Both the position numbers and the translations under genes were made by a program. From a virus: a DNA stretch of 64,000 nucleotides. Below, in pieces: positions 1 through 9,012 of the stretch; position 1 is the stretch's first letter, and every line of letters starts with the position of its first letter. The notes below the pieces were generated by a model. That model had not been told where the DNA came from, did not search any database, and saw only the letters and a program-made list of their open reading frames with translations. The stretch covers positions 1 to 64,000 of IMG/VR virus record IMGVR_UViG_3300016476_000174; one strand, 5' to 3'.

Positions 1-6
1 TTAGTT

Positions 7-606
7 TTATGCAAGTAATGCGTGATACTCTTTAAAATGCTTAATACGATCTGGTAAACCAATAGTCCCACCATTAACACGCTTAGTAATTTTAGTTACT
101 ACTTCAGCACTAGATCCAGTATCAGCAATAAGATTAAGTCCGTTCTTTTTCCAGAACCAAGCTGCAGATGCTAATGCATGTTTAGTAGACACTAAATCAG
201 GATTAGCTAAAATATCATCAGCTACTGCTAAATCAAAAGCAGCATAGTTAGATTTACCTGTCAATTGGATATATCCTCTTCCACGGAATTTGAAACCCTC
301 TCCAGATGCTTCAGGACCGTTACCCATACGTCCACCGTACACACGGTTAGCAATCTTTTCTGGCTTACGAGCATATGCATCAGCTAATGCTTGTGTAGGG
401 AAGTATTTCTTAAAAATACCCATTAAACCTTTAGCTGAATAGTTAAGGTTTTCTTGAGTAAGTCTGAATCCACCAGATTCATGACCACATTGTGCTAAGA
501 AATGAGCCAATCTTAATGGTGTATTAACACCAAAGTTTTCCATGACATTAGGAATCTGTGCAATTACAGTATCCGGAACATGTCCTTTTAGTTTATCTAA
601 GTTCAT
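7..606 (-). CDS. Endolysin, glycoside hydrolase family 19 (chitinase/lysozyme-like)
   Basis: Motifs RLAHFLAQCGHESGG, ENLNYSA, FRGRGYIQLTGKSNY, SAAWFW and TKRVNGG; lies downstream of membrane-protein genes. Confidence 0.93.
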   Translation of the reverse strand: MNLDKLKGHVPDTVIAQIPNVMENFGVNTPLRLAHFLAQCGHESGGFRLTQENLNYSAKGLMGIFKKYFPTQALADAYARKPEKIANRVYGGRMGNGPEASGEGFKFRGRGYIQLTGKSNYAAFDLAVADDILANPDLVSTKHALASAAWFWKKNGLNLIADTGSSAEVVTKITKRVNGGTIGLPDRIKHFKEYHALLA

Positions 607-618
607 ATGTATTTATGT

Positions 619-750
619 TTACTTCTTCTTCTTAGAAGCAGCTTTAGGAGCTACTTTTTTAACTTCTTTAACAATTTGTGCAGTAGCAACAGCTTTTTGT
701 ACTTTGTTACCAAATAAGAACTTCTTAACTAATTCAATAATCTTTTTCAT
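619..750 (-). CDS. 43-aa cationic amphipathic peptide in the lysis cassette (not in ORF track)
   Basis: Manual translation MKKIIELVKKFLFGNKVQKAVATAQIVKEVKKVAPKAASKKKK; fills the gap between the 752 gene and the endolysin. Confidence 0.7.
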   Translation of the reverse strand: MKKIIELVKKFLFGNKVQKAVATAQIVKEVKKVAPKAASKKKK

Positions 751-751
751 A

Positions 752-1378
752 CTATTTATTTTTTTTACCAATCTTCCAATACGCCTGGAAGCCATAAGAA
801 ATATTACCGTGAATATCAGTTTCAGCTTTTAATCCATAAATTTTATCAGCTTTAGTTTTTAACATAAGTCCTGCTTCTGCAGAATTTAGTCCTAAAGTTT
901 GTGTTGTATTTACACCACCACCCACGTATAATTGTGTTTTAGCAGGAGCTTGGTTAGTGACAGTTACTGTCTTAGTAACAAAAGGAATCTTGTAGTTATA
1001 CTTCCAGACCCTACCTATAAGTTTATTTTCTCTTACAGAATCTGTAACTGAAACATAACCCAGTGTATCAAGCTTTACACTATCTACGTATATAGCTAAT
1101 GCAGTGTACATCTTAACAAGATTGTCAAATTGTATCTTTAGAGCAGCATAATTAGTATCAGCTAAGTATTCTGTCTTACCAGCTATAAACAAACTATCAT
1201 GAATAATCTTTGCCGGTAACGGTTTTGAATATATTAAACTATCCTTTTTAAACCAGGTAGTATCATGTACTACAGTAGTATCAGATGTGGAATGATTTCC
1301 TCCACCTACACAACCTTTATTCTGCAAAAGAACAAAGACTACTAGTACACCTATAATAAAGAGATATACTTTATTCAT
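752..1378 (-). CDS. Spanin-like membrane protein or lipoprotein
   Basis: Likely start MNKVYLF at 1378; N-terminal hydrophobic segment then Cys (LLQNKGC); DT-rich stalk; C-terminal amphipathic beta-strands; lysis context. Confidence 0.55.
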   Translation of the reverse strand: MNKVYLFIIGVLVVFVLLQNKGCVGGGNHSTSDTTVVHDTTWFKKDSLIYSKPLPAKIIHDSLFIAGKTEYLADTNYAALKIQFDNLVKMYTALAIYVDSVKLDTLGYVSVTDSVRENKLIGRVWKYNYKIPFVTKTVTVTNQAPAKTQLYVGGGVNTTQTLGLNSAEAGLMLKTKADKIYGLKAETDIHGNISYGFQAYWKIGKKNK

Positions 1379-1613
1379 CGGTTTTCTTTTTAAATGAGAA
1401 CTTGTCACCTGTATCACCAATAATAGCTCCTATACAGATGTACATAACAGCGTCTACTAAAGCATCAGACGGCTTAATATCTCCATGGCTAAAGCTATTA
1501 AGCGTTAGTGTAACGCATAAGAAGAGAGCACACATAAAACCAATTACTGGTTTAATAGATGTAGAACCTCTCTCATCCTTGAATAAGTCTAAAACCCATT
1601 CTTTTAATGTCAT
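1371..1613 (-). CDS. Putative holin (2 TM)
   Basis: 80 aa, two hydrophobic segments, basic C-terminal tail (FSFKKK), next to endolysin. Confidence 0.65.
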   Translation of the reverse strand: MTLKEWVLDLFKDERGSTSIKPVIGFMCALFLCVTLTLNSFSHGDIKPSDALVDAVMYICIGAIIGDTGDKFSFKKKTDE

Positions 1614-1903
1614 AACTTAACTGTTTTATTTTTAGTATACTCATCATCATGTCTAAGAACAGCAACAAGTTGTTGACGTTCAGGTACTTCTTTCTTTGGA
1701 GCAAAAGGAGCTGATGATGTTTTATATAACTGACGTTCTAAGTTATCAATTCTTGTCTTATCAATATTAGACTGAGCCATTAACAACTTAACATCAGCTT
1801 TTATTTCGTTTACATCATTCCAGATAAGTAAACTAACTAATGATACTAAGGAGGGAAATATCCACACCTTAAAAGCAGCAACGGATGGATTTTCTCTAGT
1901 CAT
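1610..1903 (-). CDS. Single-TM coiled-coil protein (holin/antiholin-like)
   Basis: N-terminal TM segment followed by heptad-like region; lysis cassette. Confidence 0.45.
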   Translation of the reverse strand: MTRENPSVAAFKVWIFPSLVSLVSLLIWNDVNEIKADVKLLMAQSNIDKTRIDNLERQLYKTSSAPFAPKKEVPERQQLVAVLRHDDEYTKNKTVKL

Positions 1904-2169
1904 TATCTTGCAGGTTGAAACTCATAAACTAATCCAGAAGGTTTTTTAATACTAGCAATCAAGGAGTTAGGAATGATATTTCCTTTCTTATCCTTTCTTA
2001 CAAAGTATCTCATCCCATTCTTACGAATATTTGCTGGGCTTGTTAATGTATCAGCTGCTGGAATCACTAAAGTGTTAGCAGGAACAGCTGACGGAGTTTC
2101 AACGCTCATTAATGTACCTGGTACAGGATACCCTAGAGCATCTTTTTGGGCATAAAATGTATTAGCCAT
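1903..2169 (-). CDS. Hypothetical protein with internal duplication
   Basis: FYAQKDALGYPVPGTL resembles YFVRKDKKGNIIPNSL; first gene of the leftward operon. Confidence 0.55.
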   Translation of the reverse strand: MANTFYAQKDALGYPVPGTLMSVETPSAVPANTLVIPAADTLTSPANIRKNGMRYFVRKDKKGNIIPNSLIASIKKPSGLVYEFQPAR

Positions 2170-2219
2170 TTTTTAAAAATTTATATATAAACGTATGAAG
2201 TGTAGAATTTCTATAAACC

Positions 2220-2244
2220 CTACATTATAATATACAAAATATCC
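2220..2244 (-). promoter_or_regulatory. Candidate phage late-promoter motif, copy 1
   Basis: Minus strand GGATATTTTGTATATTATAATGTAG; related copies at 43463 and 57365, all intergenic. Confidence 0.55.
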
Positions 2245-2255
2245 AGGAATTAACC

Positions 2256-2263
2256 TAGATTTG
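2256..2263 (+). promoter_or_regulatory. Bacteroidota -7 element TAGATTTG
   Basis: Matches TAnnTTTG just upstream of ATG 2285; no clear -33 TTTG. Confidence 0.4.
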
Positions 2264-2284
2264 TGCATAAAACCAAAAGAACAC

Positions 2285-2782
2285 ATGGAAACAAATAGTT
2301 ATGCCAGTAAACTTGAAAAAAAGCTTATTACAGAGTTTAAAGACTACTTTTATGATAAGCTAGGGTATTACCCTATTGTATTAACAACTCGTAATGTTCA
2401 GGGAGATACGTCTATTCCTACTATGAGCTTAGAAAGTTTAAAGAATATGTTTGAACCTTTCCTACCTTATAAGTTTGAAAGACCTGTTCCTCTAGCTTCT
2501 CGATTAAGAGAGAGAAATATTGTAGAGTTACGTTGTATATTCTGCCACTTGGCTAGAACAATGAAGTATAGCCTAACAGATATTGGTAGTTTCTTAGGAA
2601 ATAGAGACCATACTACTGTCATCCATAATGTAAATGCATTCACTGACTTAGTACAGACCAATGAACCATTCCGTTTAAAGTATTTTACCATCCTTAAATA
2701 TATTAGAGAACAACATGAGCCACCAACTATGGACAACGTTAATCAAGTACAACACCAGCCCCAATCAGATTTACTTTCTTGA
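2285..2782 (+). CDS. Protein with a DnaA C-terminal (domain IV)-like HTH
   Basis: R.RNIVELR.IFCHLAR...YSLTDIGSFLGNRDHTTVIH matches the DnaA_C signature; likely start ATG 2285. Confidence 0.8.
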   Translation: METNSYASKLEKKLITEFKDYFYDKLGYYPIVLTTRNVQGDTSIPTMSLESLKNMFEPFLPYKFERPVPLASRLRERNIVELRCIFCHLARTMKYSLTDIGSFLGNRDHTTVIHNVNAFTDLVQTNEPFRLKYFTILKYIREQHEPPTMDNVNQVQHQPQSDLLS

Positions 2783-3341
2783 TTGTTGTAGAAGCAGAAT
2801 TAAGCCCACTGGAATTATTAATCCAGAAGCTGAGGCTAATATATGTAGAGCAAAGGGTTATATAAATGAGCAGGGTCATTTGACACAGAAAGCATTGGTT
2901 ATATTAGATGAGTTTGAAACCTTCCTCATCAAAGCTAAAAAAAAGGTAGCAACAGAAGTACTAGGAGATAAGTTCTTAGAAAAGATAGCTTACTATAGAG
3001 AGTTATTCCCACCAAAGTCATTACCGTCAGGTTCTATGGCTAGACAGTCAGTGGAAGAACTAAAGAAGAAGTTTATTGTATTCTTTAAAACCTATCCTCA
3101 TTTTAACTGGACACTTGTCCACTTAGCAACTGATTACTATATCTTTGAGAAAGAAAAGAAAGGTTATCAATTCATGATGAACAGCAGTTATTTTATACAA
3201 AAGACAGATAATGTAAGTAAAACTACTAAGTCTGAGCTAGCTGATCATTGTCAGTTCTTACTAGATAATCCTGATATTCTTAAACCAGCTTTGGATGATT
3301 ATAAGAAGCAAAATGCTGAATGGTTTACAGATAAAGTCTAA
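2715..3341 (+). CDS. Hypothetical replication-module protein
   Basis: 208-aa ORF; YRELFP and FFKTYP segments; upstream of the helicase. Confidence 0.55.
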   Translation: MSHQLWTTLIKYNTSPNQIYFLDCCRSRIKPTGIINPEAEANICRAKGYINEQGHLTQKALVILDEFETFLIKAKKKVATEVLGDKFLEKIAYYRELFPPKSLPSGSMARQSVEELKKKFIVFFKTYPHFNWTLVHLATDYYIFEKEKKGYQFMMNSSYFIQKTDNVSKTTKSELADHCQFLLDNPDILKPALDDYKKQNAEWFTDKV

Positions 3342-3348
3342 GAAAAAT

Positions 3349-3379
3349 TTTGTTTTTTAGAGAACTTATCCTATATTTG
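3349..3379 (+). promoter_or_regulatory. Bacteroidota primary-sigma promoter
   Basis: TTTG (3349-3352), 19-nt spacer, TATATTTG (3372-3379); intergenic. Confidence 0.65.
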
Positions 3380-3400
3380 AATTACATTAAACAATTTAAC

Positions 3401-3625
3401 ATGAGTAACACAACCCACAACTCTGAGGAGGTAAAGACCTTCTTTAACTCTCTCCCTATTGTAGATCCTTCCAGACCTGATCTACGTATTATAAACTTAG
3501 AAATACTAGAAACTGTAATTGCACAAGCTGAAAGTAGAGCTTCTCTTGCAGGAAGTATGAATGCTATGGCACAAGCTAAAGACATTGTGCATAATGTTTT
3601 CAGTAAGTCATTATCAAGTTTATAA
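3401..3625 (+). CDS. Hypothetical protein
   Basis: ATG 3401 after an A-rich leader, downstream of the promoter. Confidence 0.55.
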   Translation: MSNTTHNSEEVKTFFNSLPIVDPSRPDLRIINLEILETVIAQAESRASLAGSMNAMAQAKDIVHNVFSKSLSSL

Positions 3626-3637
3626 TACAATCTCTTT

Positions 3638-4693
3638 ATGGATCAAAAATTAGATAGACCTTTTGGTGCTATAACGCATGCAGAAGGATTACGCAAAGGT
3701 CTAAAATACATTAATGATAGACGTAAAGGACGTATTAAGTCCTTAAAAACACCTTGGGATGCTATTAATAACGCAACCATTGGTGGTATAGAGTGGGGTA
3801 GCCTAGTTACAATAGGTGCACGTCCTGCTGCAGGTAAGACTATGTTTATTAGTCATATCCTTAGAGAGTCTAAAAGACTAAATCCTGATCAGGAGTTTTC
3901 TATCCTAGAGTTTCAGTTTGAGATGGGTGATGAGTCCTATGCTGCAAGAGAGTTTGCGGCACAAGTTGCTATGGACTATAACGTAGTGTTATCTTCTAAA
4001 AGACAGCTTGATGACTTTGCTTATGAGCAAATGGAAAACTATCTAAAAGAAGCAGAAGAGTTAGAAAAATTAGGTGTCCAAAGGATACGTATTAAGAAGC
4101 CTCTTACTTCTGCTGATATGAAGAAAGCTATCCATCACTATTTCAATGAATTAGGTGGCAAGCCTATGATTGTAACTATTGACCATAGCTGGCTTGTTAA
4201 AAAAGCAGCAGATGAGAGAGAAAAGTTACAAACACTTTACAATGTAGCAGATATGCTTATTGATGTAAAGCGTGAGCTTCCTGTTATTGTTATTATCCTT
4301 ACACAGCTTAACCGTACAATGGAAGACGTAGCACGTAGAACTCCAGGTACAATTGCTAACTATCCTAGTTCATCAGATATATTTGGTGGTGATGCTCTTA
4401 TGCAAGGCTCAGACTTAGTCTTTGCTATTAGTAGACCGTTCACCTTAAATATAGAAGACTACGGACCTGAACATTACAAAGCTGATAAAGAAAATGTATT
4501 CTTACATTTACTAAAGCTACGTAACGGTGCCACTGATGAGAATATTATTTTCTTACAAACAGACTTTAAAAGACAACGTATGATTGAGTCCCCACCTCCT
4601 GCTATTATTCAACAGCAGCCACAAACGTGGGCTCCAAGAGGACCAAGAAACAACAGACAAGTACCTTCGGCTGATGTTGGCCAGGAATTATAA
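3638..4693 (+). CDS. dnaB: DnaB-like replicative helicase
   Basis: Walker A GARPAAGKT, FQFEM, IVTIDH, LTQLNR, SDLV and KLRNG motifs. Confidence 0.92.
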   Translation: MDQKLDRPFGAITHAEGLRKGLKYINDRRKGRIKSLKTPWDAINNATIGGIEWGSLVTIGARPAAGKTMFISHILRESKRLNPDQEFSILEFQFEMGDESYAAREFAAQVAMDYNVVLSSKRQLDDFAYEQMENYLKEAEELEKLGVQRIRIKKPLTSADMKKAIHHYFNELGGKPMIVTIDHSWLVKKAADEREKLQTLYNVADMLIDVKRELPVIVIILTQLNRTMEDVARRTPGTIANYPSSSDIFGGDALMQGSDLVFAISRPFTLNIEDYGPEHYKADKENVFLHLLKLRNGATDENIIFLQTDFKRQRMIESPPPAIIQQQPQTWAPRGPRNNRQVPSADVGQEL

Positions 4694-4709
4694 AACAAAA
4701 ACACACAGT

Positions 4710-5291
4710 ATGACAAGTAACAACGCACATGAAGTAACAGATGTTAAAGAGCTTAAGAAACTAAAGCTTGAGACAATCAGAGATTTTCATCAAGACTTAA
4801 TTGATGACTTAGAAATCCCACGTACAGATTTCAACATGAAGATGCCATTCTATGACAAGCATGGTAGATTGGTAGTAGGTATCTTTTCTTCAGAGTTTAG
4901 AAAAGAGAAAGGTTTCTTCTTTGAGTTAATCACTCGTGATCTTACACCTGCAGATGCAGAACGTAAAGTGTACAGAGTACCTTTTAGCACAGCTTTTGAA
5001 GAAGAGTACGAGCTTAATGAAAAAGGTTCTTATCTTGTACCTTTAGAAGAGTTAAGGATTGTAAATCCTACATCAGTAGCTATTAAAAAGACAGCTAACT
5101 TTGGTCCTGAAGATGAAGCACCGCTTCCATCATCTTTACCTAAGACTCCTATGCAAGCTTATAAAGCTCCTGCAGCTATGGAAGATGCTCCTTATAGTGA
5201 GATGACTATTAGAGATTACTATGCTATCCAAACAGGTAAGCCAGTAAGCACTAAGACATGGTTAAATGAATTAATTAAATCTACAAAATAA
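4710..5291 (+). CDS. Hypothetical protein
   Basis: Likely ATG 4710; C-terminal MTIRDYYAIQ motif seen in phage proteins. Confidence 0.6.
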   Translation: MTSNNAHEVTDVKELKKLKLETIRDFHQDLIDDLEIPRTDFNMKMPFYDKHGRLVVGIFSSEFRKEKGFFFELITRDLTPADAERKVYRVPFSTAFEEEYELNEKGSYLVPLEELRIVNPTSVAIKKTANFGPEDEAPLPSSLPKTPMQAYKAPAAMEDAPYSEMTIRDYYAIQTGKPVSTKTWLNELIKSTK

Positions 5292-5294
5292 CAT

Positions 5295-5762
5295 ATGGCA
5301 CAAGGAATTTTAGTAATTGCAGAGTCAGGTTCAGGTAAATCTACTAGTATAGAGTCACTTGATCCAGCAGAAACATTTATCATTAACGTAGCTAACAAAG
5401 CTCTACCTTTTAAAGGATGGAGAAAGAAGTATGTTCAGTGGAGTAAAGACAACCCTAAAGGTAATTTATACTCAGCTAGTTCATCTACACAAATAGAAGC
5501 ATGCATGAAGTATGTTTCAGAGAAGCGTCCAGACATTAAGAACTTAGTGATAGATGACTTTCAGTATATGAGTTCTTTTGAGTTCTTTGAGAGAGTAGAC
5601 GAGAAGGGTTACGAAAAGTTTACCCAGATTGGTGCTAACTTAGCACGTATTGCACGTATGCCTAAAGATTTAAGAGATGACTTAATGGTATTTATCTTAA
5701 CTCATGCTGAAGAATCATCAGATATGGAAGGTAAGAAAAAGTTTAAAGCTAAAACTATTGGT
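5295..5762 (+). CDS. AAA/P-loop ATPase (Sak4/AAA_24-like), exon 1
   Basis: Walker A AESGSGKST, Walker B LVIDDFQY, ILTHAE; ends KAKTIG at T5762. Confidence 0.85.
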
Positions 5763-6714
5763 GAAGAAATTTTGCCTGTATTCATCTAATTGACTGGAAC
5801 GCCCTTAGAGCTCTACACACTCCTTACAACAGTAATGATTGTAATATAGTAAAAGAGGTAGAGATTGGGTAATCAGCAGCTAAGTATCCTACGGATGGTG
5901 CCGAGGATAAAAGTTCAACGACTATCCCTGTGATGGGGAGTACTTCAAGAAAACCTTGGGGGAAATGGTGAACTAAATTTTGTATTTAACCGAATGTTTT
6001 GTAACTTGTAGTATGGACACTATAATTTACACACTATCGGATCCTATAACTAAAGAAGTTAAGTATATAGGAAAAACTAAAAGTTCTTTAAAATATAGAC
6101 TATCCCAACATATTCATGATAGTTTAAATAACGGAACAGGTACTCATAAAAAAGCCTGGATTAAAGGATTACTATTAAAAGGATTACTTCCTTCAATAGA
6201 AATTTTAGACGTTGTTAAAATAAACATGTGTTGGAAAAATCTTGAACAATACTGGATAGCTCAGTTTAAAGCTTGGGGATATGATTTAGTTAATATGACA
6301 GCTGGAGGTGATGGTAATCAAAAACAGATTATGTCAGAAGAAAGTAAACTAAAAAGATCTAAAGCCTTAAAAGGAAAAAAAAGACCAGAATATGTTATTC
6401 AAAAGATTAAACAGTCACACCTAGGAAAAAAGCTTTCTGATACTACAAAAGAAAAAATTAGAAAGCATAACTTAGGTAAAATTCAATCAGAAGAAACAAA
6501 AAGTAAACGGCATAAAGCTGTATTACTTGTTAATTCAGATGGATCATTTAAAGAATACTCTTCTATACAAGAAGCGGCATTAGCTAATAATTGTAGAAGG
6601 GGTCAAATCTCAAATGTATGCAGAGGTAGAACCAAATCTGCTTGTGGTTTGATATGGAAGTACAAAATTTAGAAGATATAGTCTATTCCACCGGGAAACT
6701 GGATGGTAGTAAAG
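5763..6714 (+). mobile_element. Group I self-splicing intron with homing endonuclease in loop L8
   Basis: P (AATTGACTGGAA), Q (AATCAGCAG), R (GTTCAACGACTA, 5913-5924) and S (AAGATATAGTC, 6673-6683) elements; 15-bp P8 stem; GAAA-capped P9; exon ends in U and intron ends in G; splicing restores KTIG|KMVDEK. Confidence 0.92.
6013..6672 (+). CDS. GIY-YIG homing endonuclease with NUMOD3 repeats and NUMOD1/IENR1 HTH
   Basis: IIYTL...KYIGKT, RLSQH, LEQYWI, NMTAGGDG; SEE.K.K.S repeats; C-terminal YSSIQEAA...ISNVCRG...GLIWKY. Confidence 0.9.
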   Translation: MDTIIYTLSDPITKEVKYIGKTKSSLKYRLSQHIHDSLNNGTGTHKKAWIKGLLLKGLLPSIEILDVVKINMCWKNLEQYWIAQFKAWGYDLVNMTAGGDGNQKQIMSEESKLKRSKALKGKKRPEYVIQKIKQSHLGKKLSDTTKEKIRKHNLGKIQSEETKSKRHKAVLLVNSDGSFKEYSSIQEAALANNCRRGQISNVCRGRTKSACGLIWKYKI

Positions 6715-6930
6715 AAAATGGTTGACGAAAAGCTTACGTTAGAAGGATTATTTTCCATAGTTTTGTTTGGTAAAGTTAAGAAGGACAAAGATGGTAATAT
6801 CAGATACGTTTTTGAAACAGCTAATAACGGTGAGAACACATGTAAAGCACCAAGAGGTATGTTTGACGAGTTTGAGATTACCAATGACTTAGCTTTAGTT
6901 AGACAGAGCATTATAGATTACGAGAACTAG
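6715..6930 (+). CDS. AAA/P-loop ATPase, exon 2 (spliced product 227 aa)
   Basis: KMVDEKLTLEGLFSIVLF...TCKAPRGMF...NDL is the usual C-terminus of this ATPase family. Confidence 0.85.
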   Translation, partial: KMVDEKLTLEGLFSIVLFGKVKKDKDGNIRYVFETANNGENTCKAPRGMFDEFEITNDLALVRQSIIDYEN

Positions 6931-6966
6931 TATTTAATTTTTCATTTACATATAAAATAACAGAAC

Positions 6967-7578
6967 ATGTTTAGTACAAAAGGACAAGAAGTAAAACAAG
7001 GTGGAGGTACAGCTAAATCTCTACAAGCAGGAGTAGTTTATGCACACATTCACAGTGGGCAAGTTAGAACATCTAACAAAGGTGATAAGAAAACCTTAGA
7101 GTTAGTATTAGAAGGCCCAGCATCTGAGGGCTTTGAAGGTTGGGCTATTGATAAGAATAATCCAGATGGTCCTAAATATACAGGACAATCAAGCCGTGTA
7201 TCTGCAACTATCTGGACTGATCAGTTCAATGATAGTAATGTATCTAAGAATGAGATTATGTATAAGCTTGCAGTTATTGCATCTGAGCTTGGCTTAAGAG
7301 ATCATGTAGATAATATTTCTGCATCTAACATTGAAGACTGGGTTGAGAAAGCTATCTACATCTTGAAAGGACATAATTTATATTGGTTCTTAAAAGGTAC
7401 AGAAGAAGAATATAATGGTAAGACAATCATTAAGTTATCTTTACCTAAATATAAGTTTGCTTCTACAGAAGAAGCTAAGCTTGATAAGTTTGATAAGAAT
7501 AACCAGTATCACTATAAAGCATTGCAAAATAAGCCAGTGTCTAGCTTTGAGCCAGTGAATAGTGATTTTGATATGTAA
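6967..7578 (+). CDS. Putative single-stranded DNA-binding protein
   Basis: Follows the AAA ATPase; beta-rich with acidic/aromatic tail (NSDFDM). Confidence 0.45.
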   Translation: MFSTKGQEVKQGGGTAKSLQAGVVYAHIHSGQVRTSNKGDKKTLELVLEGPASEGFEGWAIDKNNPDGPKYTGQSSRVSATIWTDQFNDSNVSKNEIMYKLAVIASELGLRDHVDNISASNIEDWVEKAIYILKGHNLYWFLKGTEEEYNGKTIIKLSLPKYKFASTEEAKLDKFDKNNQYHYKALQNKPVSSFEPVNSDFDM

Positions 7579-7588
7579 TTAGCTGCTA

Positions 7589-7630
7589 GAAGATCAGGGG
7601 GAGAGGTATTGCTCCCCCTTCTTCATTTTA
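7589..7630 (+). terminator. Intrinsic terminator
   Basis: Stem AGGGGGAG/CTCCCCCT followed by TCTTCATTTT. Confidence 0.7.
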
Positions 7631-7640
7631 AATCTACATC

Positions 7641-8645
7641 ATGTTTAAAATAAAAAATATGGTGCATGACATCAAGGATGTTCCTGCATCATGGATATTT
7701 GAACACTTCTGTAAGCTTGGTGAAAAGCTTAGCGGGCATGATATAAAGATTAAAAGTTTGTTTAATTCTAAAGAACGCACACCAAGTATGTGCATATACT
7801 ATGATCCTACAAAGGATACGTATAAGTACAAAGACTTTAGTTCTGGTAAAGGAGGTTCTGCAATTGATCTAGTAAAAGATATTACAGGACTAACTTATCA
7901 TAAAGCTTGTACTTTAGTAGTAGAGAATTATAATGACTTTGTTCTCCATAATAATGGAGGATATGATGTACAGAAATTTAAACAGGCGTCTAAATATAAA
8001 GTTAGTCAGTTTGTTTTCAGGTCCTGGACCACACAAGATCAGTACTTTTGGACCCAGTTTAATATTGGATCTAAATTACTAACTGAGCATAACGTAAGAC
8101 CATTAGATAGTTACACTATGCATAAGGATTGTGATGATGGTCCTATTGATCTAACCATTAAAGGAAACTATTTATATGGTTACTTTAAAAATGATGGTAC
8201 TCTGTACAAAATCTATCAACCTAAAACACTAGATAAAAAGTTTATTAAAGTTCAAGACTACATCCAAGGTTCTGAACAGATTAAGAATGCACCTTATCTA
8301 GTAATTACATCTTCCCTAAAAGATGTCATGGCTTTGAAGAGTCTTAAGATACCTACTATAGATATCATTGCTCCAGACTCTGAGAACACTATCATCCGTA
8401 AAGAAATCATGGATCAGTATATTAAAAAGTATAAGAAAGTAATTATACTTTTTGACTATGACGAACCAGGTATCAAAGCTATGGAAAGATATAAGGAACT
8501 ATATCCTGAAGTAGAATATGCTGCTTTACCAATGAGTAAAGATCCATCAGATTCTATTAAGGACTTTGGTCCTAAAGAAGTATATGTACGCTTAGTACCT
8601 ATATTAAATAAAAGAATATTAAATGGCCAAGAAGAAAGTAACTAG
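7641..8645 (+). CDS. DNA primase (crAss-type, TOPRIM)
   Basis: Degenerate Zn-finger region (ERTPS...KDFSSGKGG); ITSSLKD and FDYDEPG TOPRIM motifs. Confidence 0.85.
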   Translation: MFKIKNMVHDIKDVPASWIFEHFCKLGEKLSGHDIKIKSLFNSKERTPSMCIYYDPTKDTYKYKDFSSGKGGSAIDLVKDITGLTYHKACTLVVENYNDFVLHNNGGYDVQKFKQASKYKVSQFVFRSWTTQDQYFWTQFNIGSKLLTEHNVRPLDSYTMHKDCDDGPIDLTIKGNYLYGYFKNDGTLYKIYQPKTLDKKFIKVQDYIQGSEQIKNAPYLVITSSLKDVMALKSLKIPTIDIIAPDSENTIIRKEIMDQYIKKYKKVIILFDYDEPGIKAMERYKELYPEVEYAALPMSKDPSDSIKDFGPKEVYVRLVPILNKRILNGQEESN

Positions 8646-9012
8646 ACGAACAGCTACTCCTAAGACTAGAAACGCAGGTACTATGACAGAATCTGCATTT
8701 TGGAGTTTTATTAGAAGTACGTTACGTCAAAAATCAAGATGGTGGAAACCAATTACACAGTGTAAACTAGAATCTCGTAGACCATACAAAGGTCCACTTA
8801 AAAGACAAAAGTTTGAATACCAGTGTAATTCTTGTAAACAATGGTTTCCAGAAAAGAAAATAAACGTGGACCATATAGTTGGTGCAGGTAGTCTTAACTG
8901 TGGAGCAGACCTTCCAGGGTTTGTAGAAAGATTGTTCTGTGAACAAGATAATCTACAAGTACTCTGTGAAGTTTGTCATAATGAAAAAACCCAACTAGAA
9001 AAACAAAAGTAA
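8623..9012 (+). CDS. HNH endonuclease
   Basis: CNSC...VDHIV...NLQVLCEVCHNEKT. Confidence 0.85.
   Translation: MAKKKVTRRTATPKTRNAGTMTESAFWSFIRSTLRQKSRWWKPITQCKLESRRPYKGPLKRQKFEYQCNSCKQWFPEKKINVDHIVGAGSLNCGADLPGFVERLFCEQDNLQVLCEVCHNEKTQLEKQK

Noticed and set aside
5295-6930. ATPase as a pseudogene, frameshift or two separate genes
   Set aside because: Group I core elements and an exact in-frame splice junction explain the split
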